The translations under genes and the position numbers were made by a program. A DNA stretch of 56,001 nucleotides, counting the filler, from Stramenopiles sp. TOSAG23-2 (lineage: Eukaryota): NCBI GenBank assembly GCA_900128395.1. It is 5 parts of 5 records of this genome, joined end to end, with 100 filler letters (N's around TTAATTAATTAA, not from the genome) between each part and the next. Parts side by side here need not be neighbours in the genome. Positions count along the whole stretch, not along the records: positions 33,682 to 44,793 come from LT649963.1; positions 44,894 to 56,001 come from LT649964.1; 3 more parts are not named here. One strand, 5' to 3'. Of the stretch, positions 43,201 to 52,148 are shown piece after piece. Positions within the stretch are counted from its first letter, which is position 1, and every line of letters starts with the position of its first letter. The notes below the pieces were generated by a model, which was given only the letters and a program-made list of their open reading frames with translations, did not search any database and was not told the DNA's origin.

Positions 43201-43604
43201 GTACTGGCACTTCATTGATTGAAGTAAGCGATCAAAATAGTTTATTGTCAGGCTCTGATTTAAATGTAGAATTATTTAATACCATTAAACAAAATTTGCA
43301 AGGCGCATGTTTTGATGTAGGCAATGCAAATGAAATGTTTAAAGATATGAAAGTTGTAGATGGCAATATACAATTTTCTTGTGAAGAAAGCCCTGTATTG
43401 TGTCAATGCCTTACAAAAAGTGCTGGCGAGACAAAAGAAGTAATATTTACATCGGAGGCAGCTAAATTGGTTTTGAAAGGAGATGGTGATTATACATCCT
43501 ATTTTATTGAACATGAAAGCTTGCCTGAAGTTCAAACTGCAACAGCAAGAAGACGACGTTTGTTAACTGGTACAACTGTTCGTGGTTCAGGTGGTGGATG
43601 TTAA
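37272..43604 (+). CDS. Giant secreted mosaic protein: signal peptide, TNFR/GCC2-GCC3-like Cys-rich repeats, peptide repeats, collagen Gly-X-Y tracts, coiled coil
   Basis: Hydrophobic N-terminus; CxxCPxNTYS repeats; GXY runs at ~41142-41320, 41793-42080 and 42267-42396; no TM anchor; ends RRRRLL...GGGC. Confidence 0.88.
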   Translation: MMKMAYLVTLLSCLIMVNVVYGIKDPQCNEGQFLAFEVRESGRCAEYMEDAVECDNAVKANRHAGVIEGVNRGFGGNVDDNRFPQSCYVQNQKTYNNVPHTDTDCSSAKKCVCKTKVCTKCDFGFKEDPSTPGQCVKCPANTYKNRQGKSDCEACPTGSQHTIHPTGNAFCSKKCVAGEAYGYEIRRSGKCDDPIDTLEECMLAVDMNKYFGIDKDAKHYSQTDNYGNNNSPGCFILGKYYEFNTNIASTKDCSVEMPCVCKKKQCQECPKNTYSEDGSKCVSCPDDKKYTFSNSPKTSINACTSTQHATAPLNCNAGEGFGYSIKNSGTCEEKIDKTDECEEAAQFNKDNGIDPRVKLDHPEVGRYHNVPTGCYRFQDINIPKKYSLNTMETSNECGANNARCICRTKSCTICPWNTYSSGGSGAKCLRCPDTKPTTHFQKGQTSVEACKEVRSKTCEEGEGYTGDDIYVPKSCHQCSEGTYSKGGDSKCLQCPTSKVIIIREQLQRRVDCQQNCPAGYGYRYTGEHTCTKCRENTFSPGGREQCIPCRDGYEAEKGSSICKQGELARSQSAMKELLQSVSESVSMSEASRAKLRRKFSTEDTRAEYSKMRNLKLQEDETAERDDCTRQKQPYKHGTESEQPGMVIFSGVPLQDEVDDKTCLYENRDRIVQAFCIFRDKFDKTLRQRNIHVASSKEFWPNICCPSPDKDDCNSTISGIKRSDMIPFATSQGAHATKENLFGEIRDLLGHHSKGSTRKDGYLLQGIENLLTKVKSDHSITTEPLLKRMKKLFGNINLCGPRIFTSPKDDDIQICQLFYPYPHMMNVFYKHFEKLFETEDLNKLNAIRTIRRRMLSTTKYRGGDGGRAQHKKYTSTGPSPKNATKYGRVQYIKKYASTGPSSKYTTKYGRAQHKKYASSGPSSKYTTKYGRVQYIKKYASTGPSSKYTTKYGRAQHKKYASSGPSSKYTTKYGRVQYIKKYASTGPSPKYTTKYGRAQHKKYASTGPRGRVDAKKSNSNVETKLSMSEASRATLRRRFSAEDGPRRMMMEKEKMLLATLRRRVSAEDGPRRMMMEKEKMSKGNATEATMMKKEEATDATIENEKTSKGNATEATMMKENDERGYAQNNPMEAKMMEKEKTINGKEKKSKESATDATMQKEEMSKVEKRAEPVQERKAYKLLKKKEHQFSITYYKMPTGNCNHHGKYVEHGKHDEASCKALCDEDVSCEVYAVKDSEWCITYQYCKIQNTAIVNSQWGGKFFRKKQKLGRRLAIAILDEAKDTIKEQLSTMKGEQGKQGEPGLQGEPGKDGKSIVGSRGEPGVAGPEGRRGAIGPSGKHGLKGDKGEKGNDGLGLTLKKFNLDTKLAYKSITSGTCNEKIKTSADCKAAALAIGKKYSSRYLNSYLYPTGCIITTIYIKSKIGKYTPVKTDSIRFNSRSSTKTCNANTKCICKDSKVQFKSQYYKKGDYVFAPATTGKHNSMYIAERDFSTTKQPKDDLYNWEEFQAPRGEKGERGEQGDPGFQGATGVRGDRGTKGDKGDRGDPGKTGKQGNSIVGPAGKQGPKGYKGDAGLNGIQGSRGPNGVKGAKGAKGDPGAKGDRGNDGAGLTLKHFSLGQMYGHGDYVFSKSSNSNHDSMYVAEKKTFKAMKEPRKDLESGNWVEFHAPRGVDGKDGKPGVDGKDGNDGKDGKPGVDGKDGKDGKPGVDGKDGNVEALSKQISDLMKQIEDVKQDTSTKIANEEKEIHSQEQTIKKLTKDAKKCPAGLRFERQVELLEKKEVFCQDYGLDLADNDIKNYAMVYIEKDDGREEYDQFMQTISEHALFKVNAQCPKPMFSGVDVSVQQIDGLAAGTKDWAFFMELDSVSPNGYVKSELQKCKVSEEYLPKTSLRMQVYVDKNNCCKDIKDYNVCSRNCTLKPLDHHWTKEPLAFQMTVTGTQFKWQVSDFVVDGTQFTSPTKRNKLSIGKDVNDGDVTKAKEGGTGTSLIEVSDQNSLLSGSDLNVELFNTIKQNLQGACFDVGNANEMFKDMKVVDGNIQFSCEESPVLCQCLTKSAGETKEVIFTSEAAKLVLKGDGDYTSYFIEHESLPEVQTATARRRRLLTGTTVRGSGGGC
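39838..40289 (+). repeat. Coding tandem repeat of alternating 63/66-nt units (~7 units)
   Basis: TTKYGRAQHKKYASSGPSSKY alternates with TTKYGRVQYIKKYASTGPSSKY. Confidence 0.92.
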
Positions 43605-43786
43605 AATATATTTTATATTTAATGCATAAAGAGGAGTGTTGTTTATATTAAAGTGAAAATTCATGTTACGAACTTACTGGTAAGGGGTGCTACGTCTCCG
43701 ATGAGGACGAAGGCGTTTTTTTAAAGGACAGACTGGTAAAGCGAAAAAAGTCGAGAGGATCTCCGACTATAATATTTTAATTTAAT

Positions 43787-43892
43787 TTACGCATTAATTT
43801 AATATTTAATTTATTGTTTTAATTTTACTCATGATAATTCCTACTCTTCAAAAGAATACAATAACAGAAATAATCTATCTCACACTAGTGTG
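43787..43892. repeat. Dispersed intergenic repeat, second long copy
   Basis: Collinear with 12820-12948; ends in the palindrome CACACTAGTGTG. Confidence 0.8.
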
Positions 43893-44793
43893 TTGATATT
43901 CCCATAATTAGAGAAAACCAATAAAGAGGTAAATAAGATGGTATATATACGAGTATACAACTTTATGAAGGAGTAGCTTCTTCACCTAACTCTAAATCAC
44001 AGACAGAGGAAGAATCTTTTGAATACTAAATAATTTACTAAACTTTTATATAGATATATATACTCCCATGATGTTGTTGCTGGTGGTGGGTGCTGAAAGT
44101 AACGATTGCTCACAAAATCAATAAATAATTTACGAAGTAATAAAATTTCTCTTATTTAATGGTTAAAATCTATATACATAAACAAATATATAGAGGTGTA
44201 AATAAAAGGAAAATATACAGTGAAATAGAAAAAAAGAAAAGAAAAACAATTTATACATATTATAAAAAAATAAAAAAATTTATAAGATCCACAGCGTCTA
44301 TATGGAAGGTTATAGTGTGTAGTGTTATTACAATGATATTCCAATGCTAGCTAAAAGGTAAAAAGGTATATATTTAACATTATGTACTATAGAGTGTATT
44401 TTTAATGGTATTTATATGCTATTTCTACATATTTTTAAAGCTACATTTAACATTCTTCGTGCACTGGCACACTGGTGCACTCGTCATCACAACAAATTTC
44501 ATCATTTCAACATCTACTCAGGAAACCCCGCTATGCTATTCGGATATTAAATATACATGGTTTGTTTGCGGCGATTCAACATTCATCATCATCAAGTTTC
44601 AGTGCCACCAATAGAAAAAAAGATTTATTATACACATCTTATAATACATATACTACTCTTGCCGCTTCTTGGTAACATATATTTCTTTTTTAAACAGTTT
44701 TATTTGTTTTGAAAAGGAGTTTTATTGCGGTTTTTTATTCATTTATATTATTACATTTATATATATATATATATATATCTATTCATATTATAT

Positions 44794-44893
44794 NNNNNNN
44801 NNNNNNNNNNNNNNNNNNNNNNNNNNNNNNNNNNNNNTTAATTAATTAANNNNNNNNNNNNNNNNNNNNNNNNNNNNNNNNNNNNNNNNNNNN
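44794..44893. other. Artificial contig linker
   Basis: N44-TTAATTAATTAA-N44. Confidence 0.98.
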
Positions 44894-44894
44894 A

Positions 44895-45773
44895 AGAATG
44901 AATGGATGGCCAATTGTTGGGCCAAATGGATCAAATGCATGGTACGATGCGTATGATATGGCAATTGCAGATCCTGATGTACATGTTATTATTGTTACTG
45001 GTTCAGGGCGTGCATGGTGTGCTGGTGCCGATATGCAAATGTTAAATGGGCTCAGCACAGGTAAAGATTCAATGACAGGTGGAAATAACGAAGCAAAAAG
45101 GGCAGCTGCAAAAGCAGCTGCTGATCGTGGTGAATCCAATGATCATAAAGGTCGTCCATTGAATTATGCACATCATGTACCAAAACCAATTATTGCTGCT
45201 ATTAACGGCGCAACGGCTGGTGGTGGTTTCTCACAAGCAATGGCATGTGATATTCGTTTTGCAGCAGCTGGTGCTAAATTTGCAGCTGGATTCCCACGAA
45301 GAGGATTAATTGCTGAATGGGGTATCTCGTGGTCTTTACCACGTGTAGTTGGAATGGGTAATGCGATGGACATTTTATTGTCTGGTCGTAAATTCACTTC
45401 AGAGGAGGCATTGGAACTTGGTATTATTCAACGTATCTATCCAAAAGAAACATTGATGGCAGAGACGATTAAATATGCAACTGATATGGCAAAGAATGTC
45501 CCATCTAATTCCCTTGCTATTATCAAAGAGCAATTGATCCGTCATCAAAACCGTACAGTCGACCAAGCATTGAGAGAATCAAATAAATTGATGATCATGT
45601 CTACAACGAAAAAAAATCCTGAATTTACAGAAGGCGTTAGTTCATTTATGGAATCAAGGCCACCGAATTTCAGTCCATTCGATCCAAAAAATCCTATGCA
45701 AACATTTAAAAAAGAAGTGTTGCGAGATGAACAAGCTGTGGAAGATTTACCAGATACGATATCGAAACTTTAA
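44895..45773 (+). CDS. Enoyl-CoA hydratase/isomerase (crotonase) family, peroxisomal; 5'-truncated
   Basis: RMNGW at the contig edge, TGSGRAWCAGAD, KPIIAAINGATAGGG, ACDIR; C-terminal PTS1 -SKL. Confidence 0.92.
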   Translation, partial: RMNGWPIVGPNGSNAWYDAYDMAIADPDVHVIIVTGSGRAWCAGADMQMLNGLSTGKDSMTGGNNEAKRAAAKAAADRGESNDHKGRPLNYAHHVPKPIIAAINGATAGGGFSQAMACDIRFAAAGAKFAAGFPRRGLIAEWGISWSLPRVVGMGNAMDILLSGRKFTSEEALELGIIQRIYPKETLMAETIKYATDMAKNVPSNSLAIIKEQLIRHQNRTVDQALRESNKLMIMSTTKKNPEFTEGVSSFMESRPPNFSPFDPKNPMQTFKKEVLRDEQAVEDLPDTISKL

Positions 45774-46091
45774 TCATATATATATTATATGATTTAATAT
45801 AATATTTAAAAATTAACATAGCCGAAGTAAAGGAACTCGCAGCATCTAATTGGATTTCTACTACATGTAGAGATATACAAACTGCGATTATTAAAACTTG
45901 CGCTTATAATAATCGTTTTGCTTTGAAATGTGGATTTGGTGAGTCGTATGATAAATTGTATAATGTTACATTCGTTTTTTAGTATTTTACTCGTATAATT
46001 TATTTTCGTACTTCGTACTCTCTTAAACTCTGCCAGCAGTCTGATATATTTAAATATAGTGTATGACATATTCACTTTTCTTTTTTCATTT

Positions 46092-47066
46092 TTACAATTT
46101 ACTGAATTTTGCTTTCTTCTTTTTCATACCGGCAACAGCTGCTTTTACAACATCTTGTGTTTCTACATATATATATGATGTATTGAAGAAAATAAAAGTG
46201 ATAAAGTTAGAAATATAAAATATAGACGACACATGTGATGTGTGTGTGTGTGTGTGTGTGTTTAGATTTATATTATAATAAAAAAACTTACGAAGGGCTC
46301 CTGCATTCCATGTTAATATGTAATCTAAACCATCTTCTACAGAATGATCTCTGGAATATATTAAATTTGCTTTGGTTGATGCAATTGCAACTGGACTATG
46401 TTCTGCAATGAGACCAGCAGTATGGCATGCATGTTTCAACAGTTCTTCACGTGATGGTAATACTTTACTAACTAAGCCTAATTCTTTTGCTTCATCTGCA
46501 TACATATCTCTAGCAGTTAATGCTAATTCTCTGACTATTGAGTGATTACCAATGATTTTCGGTAATCGTTGCAATGTGCCCAAGTCAGCAGCTATACCGA
46601 TTGCCGCCTCTTTAATGCAAAATTTTGCATCGTCACTACAAAACCGGATGTCGCAGGCACTAATTAAATCAATACCACCACCAATACAAGCACCATGTAC
46701 AGCTGCAACAACTGGTTTCCAACACTTCTCCAAACTTGATAATGAATCTTGTAATCGTTTTGTATTTTGTATAAAACGTAACCCATGCCTTGCAGCATCT
46801 ACTTTTTCACCACTACTGGCGTTTGGACTACTCATAAACGCTTCTTGAATATCTAGGCCAGCACTAAATGCTCTACCATTTGCACTAATAACTATACATC
46901 TTACATTATTGTCTCTTGCTGCACGATCAAAACATGATCGCATATCATCCCAAAATTGATCATTCATTGCATTTAATTTCTTTGGTCGATTTAATCGTAC
47001 ATGTAACACTGCATCATTGTCTGGTAAAAAGGATACTTCCAATGTATCAAAATTGTAATAATTCAT
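46092..47066 (-). CDS. ECH1: Delta(3,5)-Delta(2,4)-dienoyl-CoA isomerase, peroxisomal; intron 46163-46291
   Basis: LNRPKKLNAM, FSAGLD, GGGIDL...CDIR, KEAAIGIAADLGTLQRLPK; splicing GTAAGT..TAG gives NAGALQTQDVVK...FSKL as in ECH1. Confidence 0.92.
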   Translation of the reverse strand: MNYYNFDTLEVSFLPDNDAVLHVRLNRPKKLNAMNDQFWDDMRSCFDRAARDNNVRCIVISANGRAFSAGLDIQEAFMSSPNASSGEKVDAARHGLRFIQNTKRLQDSLSSLEKCWKPVVAAVHGACIGGGIDLISACDIRFCSDDAKFCIKEAAIGIAADLGTLQRLPKIIGNHSIVRELALTARDMYADEAKELGLVSKVLPSREELLKHACHTAGLIAEHSPVAIASTKANLIYSRDHSVEDGLDYILTWNAGALRKFFYYNINLNTHTHTHTSHVSSIFYISNFITFIFFNTSYIYVETQDVVKAAVAGMKKKKAKFSKL

Positions 47067-47448
47067 GTTTTTTTTTAATGTTTACAAATGTTGTTGCTTT
47101 TTTGTTTTTCGTTATTGGAAATTTATATTATTATTATTATTATGCGTTTAAGATTGATGCAGACACACAGTTTTGAATTCTTAGTATTTGTATGTTCTTT
47201 TCAATTTTTTTTTCCCCATTGTTATTGTGCATCATTCCAGCATTCATTATTCCATATTATAATAACAACAACGTGTTAGTAAGTGTATATATAATACACC
47301 TGATGTATTTTAATATAATACTGAAAATAATAATATATATATTATTGTAATGATAGACATTGGACAGAGAAAAAAGAAAAATATAATTATATAAATTAAA
47401 TCGATGGTACATAATTAAAACAAAAAGAAAAGAAATACTAAAGGAAAC

Positions 47449-48483
47449 ATGTCACGTGCATTTTTACAAAGAAATAATACAGCAAGTAATAGACAAATGA
47501 TTATTGCAAGTATGCCAAATGGTCCCCTGCAACCATCAAATTTTCAGTTACAAGTTCAATCAGATATGCAAGAATTAAAAGATGGAGAAGTAAGGCTCAA
47601 AACTCTTGCAATTACCATTGGTGCAGGACAAAGAGCTGGGTTACAAGGATCAGCATCATACCTCGCAAATAAACCAGGTGATGCACAAGTTATGAATGGA
47701 ACTGGTGTTGGTACAGTAGTTGAATCAAAAGATATGAATTTCAAAGTTGGTGATGTTGTCATGGGTGGTTGTGGCTGGCAAGAATTTGCTACTTTACCTG
47801 GAAAAGCATTGACAAAAGTTCCACCTGGTGTTGATCCAGCAATGCAATTAGGATTGCTTGGAACAAATGGATTAACTGCATATTTTGGTTTATTGGATAT
47901 TGGTATGCCAAAATCTGGTGAGACGGTATTAGTATCTGCTGCATCTGGGTCTGTTGGACATATTGTAGTTCAAATTGCAAAGATTAAAGGATGTGTGGTG
48001 ATTGGAACAGCTGGGTCAGATGAAAAATGTCAACGTTTAATAGATGAATTAGGTTTTGATCAGGCAATTAACTATAAAAGTGATGATTTTAGAAACTTAT
48101 TAAAAGCAGCAACACCAAAGAAAATCGATGTATATTTTGATAATACTGGTGGTAAAATCTTACAAAGTGCATTGTTTCGTATGAATACATTTGGACGTAT
48201 TGTTTGTTGTGGAAATGTTAGTCAATACGATACAAGTACTCCAGGTGGTGGACCAAAAGGCGTTCCTGGGATGCTTGTTAATAATCAAGTTAAAATGCAA
48301 GGTTTCATTGTATATTCATATGCAAAACAATATGAACATGCAAGACAAGAAATGGTTGGTTGGGCAAATGAAGGGAAGTTAGTTGGATGGTCAACAGAAT
48401 ATCAAGGAATGGAACGTGCACCACATGCATTTATTGATATGTTAAATGGTGTCACAAAAGGTACAACGATTGTACATTTTTAA
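47449..48483 (+). CDS. NADP-dependent alkenal/prostaglandin reductase-like MDR oxidoreductase (PTGR1/CurA family)
   Basis: GLTAYFGLLDIG.PKSGETVLVSAASGSVG, GTAGSDEKC, DVYFDNTGG, GRIVCCG.VSQY. Confidence 0.92.
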   Translation: MSRAFLQRNNTASNRQMIIASMPNGPLQPSNFQLQVQSDMQELKDGEVRLKTLAITIGAGQRAGLQGSASYLANKPGDAQVMNGTGVGTVVESKDMNFKVGDVVMGGCGWQEFATLPGKALTKVPPGVDPAMQLGLLGTNGLTAYFGLLDIGMPKSGETVLVSAASGSVGHIVVQIAKIKGCVVIGTAGSDEKCQRLIDELGFDQAINYKSDDFRNLLKAATPKKIDVYFDNTGGKILQSALFRMNTFGRIVCCGNVSQYDTSTPGGGPKGVPGMLVNNQVKMQGFIVYSYAKQYEHARQEMVGWANEGKLVGWSTEYQGMERAPHAFIDMLNGVTKGTTIVHF

Positions 48484-48873
48484 ATTCTGTTCAAAAGAAA
48501 TTTTACATTTTGAAACAAAAGCATAAAATATGCAAGAGAAGAAGATAGAAGAGTGCATAGTGATTGATGAGAGTTGTATATTTTTTTGTGTATGTAGTGA
48601 GATGTGGTGTATATAGATTATATTATCTGAATAAATGCTTGGTGTCAATACTTTTATATAATTCAATATGAAACATGCAAGATGTGACTTCTCTCTCCCT
48701 CCTCTTGATTTTTAATAATCAATCGTCTTGATCTTCATTTTTTTTTAAAATCCCCCCGCTTGCCCTCTTCATAATACCAGCATATATATATATAAATATA
48801 ACAATAATATATACCAGGTATAGTAAGACAATAGCAATGATGAAAAGATAGAAATAGAAACAACAGCATCAAC

Positions 48874-50304
48874 ATGGATACCTCAATGTTTGGTGGTAGC
48901 CATGGAGATTATAGATTATTAGCACCACCAACTGTACATGTGAATACCTTGAACAATAACAATACAAATCAATATGATGACGATGAAAATAATAATTTAA
49001 ATTTTATTAATGTAAATCAAGAAGATAATTTACTACCAAATTGGTTAAAGAAATTACTTGAACAAGAAATTATTCCAACTGAAGGTATACCAGTTTTAAT
49101 ATCAAAATATATGTACAATAGGTACCAAAATAGAATCAAACGGATATTTGATAATGAATATCTCACCAGTAAAAAGAACAGAAGCAATGATGATAAAAAT
49201 AATGACAACAACAACAACAATCATATCATACAAATAGTTCTTATTGATATTGATACTATTTTAAGATTTTCAAAAGATGGTATGGAAAAATTATTAATAA
49301 ATAAGAAGAAGAAGAACGAAGAAGAAGAAGAACAAAATAATGTTTTAACATTAACCACTACGTATCATATTTATCTTGAATTACTATGTAAAAAACGAGA
49401 TTTAATGGTAGCATTTCATAATCAACATATTGAAATGCGTGGTAATATGTTAATTTCATTCAAGTTGAAAAAATTAATTGAAATATTTGCAGTTCCAATT
49501 AAATTTCCCATGTATAAATTATATAAAATCACTTGTTGGAGATGGGTATTAATATCAGGCATGCAATTGACATACATTGATCGTCATGGTCAATATTATA
49601 AAACAGATAGAGTAGGAAAGGTAGGTTGGCAAGATTCAACGGAAGATTATGAATTTATATTAGAGGATGATGAAGTATTGATAAATATGGATGTTTACAT
49701 TGGGAATAGAAGACATGCAGGTGGAAGAGACGGCCTTGGTTCAATGACATTTAGTACAAATAAAAATAGAACATGGAAATTTGGTATCGAAGTTGGTGGG
49801 TTAAGATATAATACAGATATGAACTTTAATAATAATTATAATAATAATCATAATCAGATCAGTTTACATGAAACATTATTACATAATATACGTAATCGAG
49901 GTAATAATAATGTAACAATGAATAATAATAATAACAGTCGTCAAGATAATGTTAGACGAAAACAATCATCTTCATATATACATTGTTTTCGATTACGAGC
50001 TGCTGATAATATACATGCAATTGGTGTTGGTGCAATTAAAGATCCACAATTATTCAAACGTTTGAAACGTAATAATAATACTACGAATAATAAAAATAAA
50101 AAAAAAAGTACTTTAGATGGTAATAAATATTTTCCTGTTTGGACTGTTACAAATCATCATAAATTTTTATTACATGATCGTAAAGCAATTGAAACATTTT
50201 ATTTTATTATATTATATAATAAAGCATTGTTTCAAGTATTACAAGGGAATGATTCAGTTTTAATACCAGAAGCATTGATACGATATATCTTGCAATTTTA
50301 TTAA
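48874..50304 (+). CDS. Protein with a jacalin-like beta-prism domain and an F-box-like C-terminal motif
   Basis: LISGMQLTY...EFILEDDEVLI...LGSMTFSTNKNRTWKFG...IHAIG; tail WTVTNHHKF...IETF...LIPEALIRYILQF. Confidence 0.6.
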   Translation: MDTSMFGGSHGDYRLLAPPTVHVNTLNNNNTNQYDDDENNNLNFINVNQEDNLLPNWLKKLLEQEIIPTEGIPVLISKYMYNRYQNRIKRIFDNEYLTSKKNRSNDDKNNDNNNNNHIIQIVLIDIDTILRFSKDGMEKLLINKKKKNEEEEEQNNVLTLTTTYHIYLELLCKKRDLMVAFHNQHIEMRGNMLISFKLKKLIEIFAVPIKFPMYKLYKITCWRWVLISGMQLTYIDRHGQYYKTDRVGKVGWQDSTEDYEFILEDDEVLINMDVYIGNRRHAGGRDGLGSMTFSTNKNRTWKFGIEVGGLRYNTDMNFNNNYNNNHNQISLHETLLHNIRNRGNNNVTMNNNNNSRQDNVRRKQSSSYIHCFRLRAADNIHAIGVGAIKDPQLFKRLKRNNNTTNNKNKKKSTLDGNKYFPVWTVTNHHKFLLHDRKAIETFYFIILYNKALFQVLQGNDSVLIPEALIRYILQFY

Positions 50305-50585
50305 AAACAAAAAGGAAAGAGAGAGTATGTATAGGGGTGAGACGCTTTGACGCCGCAGTAATTTAAAAATATCAAAAAATAATATAAAATAATTGAGAAC
50401 ATGAAAAAATTAAAATTAATTGGCGAACTAAATATTTTTAAAACATACAGCTCCAAATCCTTTTCTCACTCGCACTTGAAATTCTCTTTCCTTTCTCCTG
50501 GGTTAAAAATCAAACAAACACGCTTTTTCTTTTTTATATGCAGATTTCGTGTTTGTTTGCTTTTTTTTGTGTTTTATATTTAAAT

Positions 50586-51299
50586 TTATTTGGAACCACC
50601 AGTAATACTCTTTAAGAATTGATCCAAATTTTGTGCTTGATAACGTAAAAATGCTATTTCATCTTGACGTTTCTTTTCATCCAATTGTCTCCTTTCTTGT
50701 TCCCGTTTTTCAATTACCTCGACTTTGTTTCTTAATTCTAAAACTTGATTTTCCAATGTTTTCTTTGTTTCATTCAAATTTTTTATTTTACCTTCCATTT
50801 CTGCCATACCTTGTTCTGCTTGTAATTGTTTTCTAACACCAAAGGTTACAGAGCTATCATATAATGTTTTGTACGCATCGATCGTCATGCGAATTTCATC
50901 CCTAACGCGCAACAATAACAACCCACGCTCGGCGCCATTCAATGTTACCTGCCTTATAAGTTCATCAAAACCCTGTGAATATAAATCTTCACGTACTGGA
51001 CATATTCCCATTTCCCTTGCTTGCCTTTCCAATAATTTTTTATCCAATTCCTCTTGCAAATGTATTACGTCTAGCCTAGTTGCTGGTTGTTTAACAACGT
51101 ATTGCATGAAATTGCCACCATCCGGTGTTTGAAATGTACGTGGTGGCAAGATGGAATTCAATATCTCGTCGGTTTGCGTATTCCCTGACGAGGAACTTGC
51201 CTTTCCTTTCGTTTTACTTTTTGGTGATAATACACCAGCTTCATTTATTGGCAACGGCCCTTCATATTGTAACAATGATGGTGGTGCAAATTCTTCCAT
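50586..51299 (-). CDS. DNALI1: Axonemal inner-arm dynein light chain p28
   Basis: ILNSILPPR, PATRLDVIHLQEELD...RQARE.GICPVREDLYSQ.FDELIRQVT...ERGLLLLRVRDEIRMT. Confidence 0.96.
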   Translation of the reverse strand: MEEFAPPSLLQYEGPLPINEAGVLSPKSKTKGKASSSSGNTQTDEILNSILPPRTFQTPDGGNFMQYVVKQPATRLDVIHLQEELDKKLLERQAREMGICPVREDLYSQGFDELIRQVTLNGAERGLLLLRVRDEIRMTIDAYKTLYDSSVTFGVRKQLQAEQGMAEMEGKIKNLNETKKTLENQVLELRNKVEVIEKREQERRQLDEKKRQDEIAFLRYQAQNLDQFLKSITGGSK

Positions 51300-52148
51300 A
51301 GTTTACTTTTTTATACTTTTTTGTTGTTGTATATATATATTATATATATATATATTAGACAGATTAAGAAATATCTATATATTACTAATACACAAAAAAA
51401 AATATAACAATATAACAATCTGTGTGTTTCTCTCTATCTTGAACGATAATAATGTTTCCTCAAAACGTCTCTGCCCATGTTCCTCAACTCTTATATATAT
51501 ATTTACACTCTATTTTATAGAATATTGTTAAACTGATGTTCAATGCTGTGTAGTGTTAATTTGGACAATTAAAAGCCTCGAAACGTCAATTAAATTGTTT
51601 TTTTTGTTTTTTGTTTTTTTTTTTTTGTGTGCAAAATTGATAGGTGTATTATATCGTATACTAATAATTTAGAGCTTGTGTATATGTTAAATGAATATAT
51701 AGTTTGTACTTAGATCAAAGCATTCTCAACCTTTCTACAAAATTAAAAAAGTGCTTAAAAATGACACCAACAGAATTATGATTGTTTTGAATCAACAACG
51801 GCAAAATGTAATAGTCTACGTTACGGCTTTACATCACCAAAAACTACCAACTTTACAATAGAAAAAATATACATAGGCCTGTATTTGCAGGTTGAAATGT
51901 CTGTATATTGGGAAAGAATGGCTTATTATCGGAAATATATCACATAGCACTACACAGCATTATCTATTATGTACAGGTAAATTTATTATATTCTTTTTAG
52001 ACTACATATAGTACAAAACAGCCAAATTAGTGTATAGCATGTGAATACGATGGGTTTACATTAACATATACACAGCATTGATATGTAAACCAGGATATTT
52101 ATGCACAGCTTAAGATGCAGGGGGCTAGAAAGTGGTATTTTATTTTTA

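Noticed and set aside
43690-43770. CCGATGAGGACGAA plus a hairpin, resembling a hammerhead ribozyme
   Set aside because: The core CUGAUGA and properly placed GAAA with flanking stems are not present.
44100-44793. Short ORFs at the end of contig 4
   Set aside because: AT-rich, no motifs and inconsistent frames; treated as intergenic.
11141-44893. Four identical TTAATTAATTAA elements at ~11.2-kb spacing, and apparent integration of the viral block between host genes
   Set aside because: They are synthetic linkers in N runs, and contig lengths fall monotonically (11121, 11120, 11112). Adjacency across them, including virus-host adjacency, carries no information.
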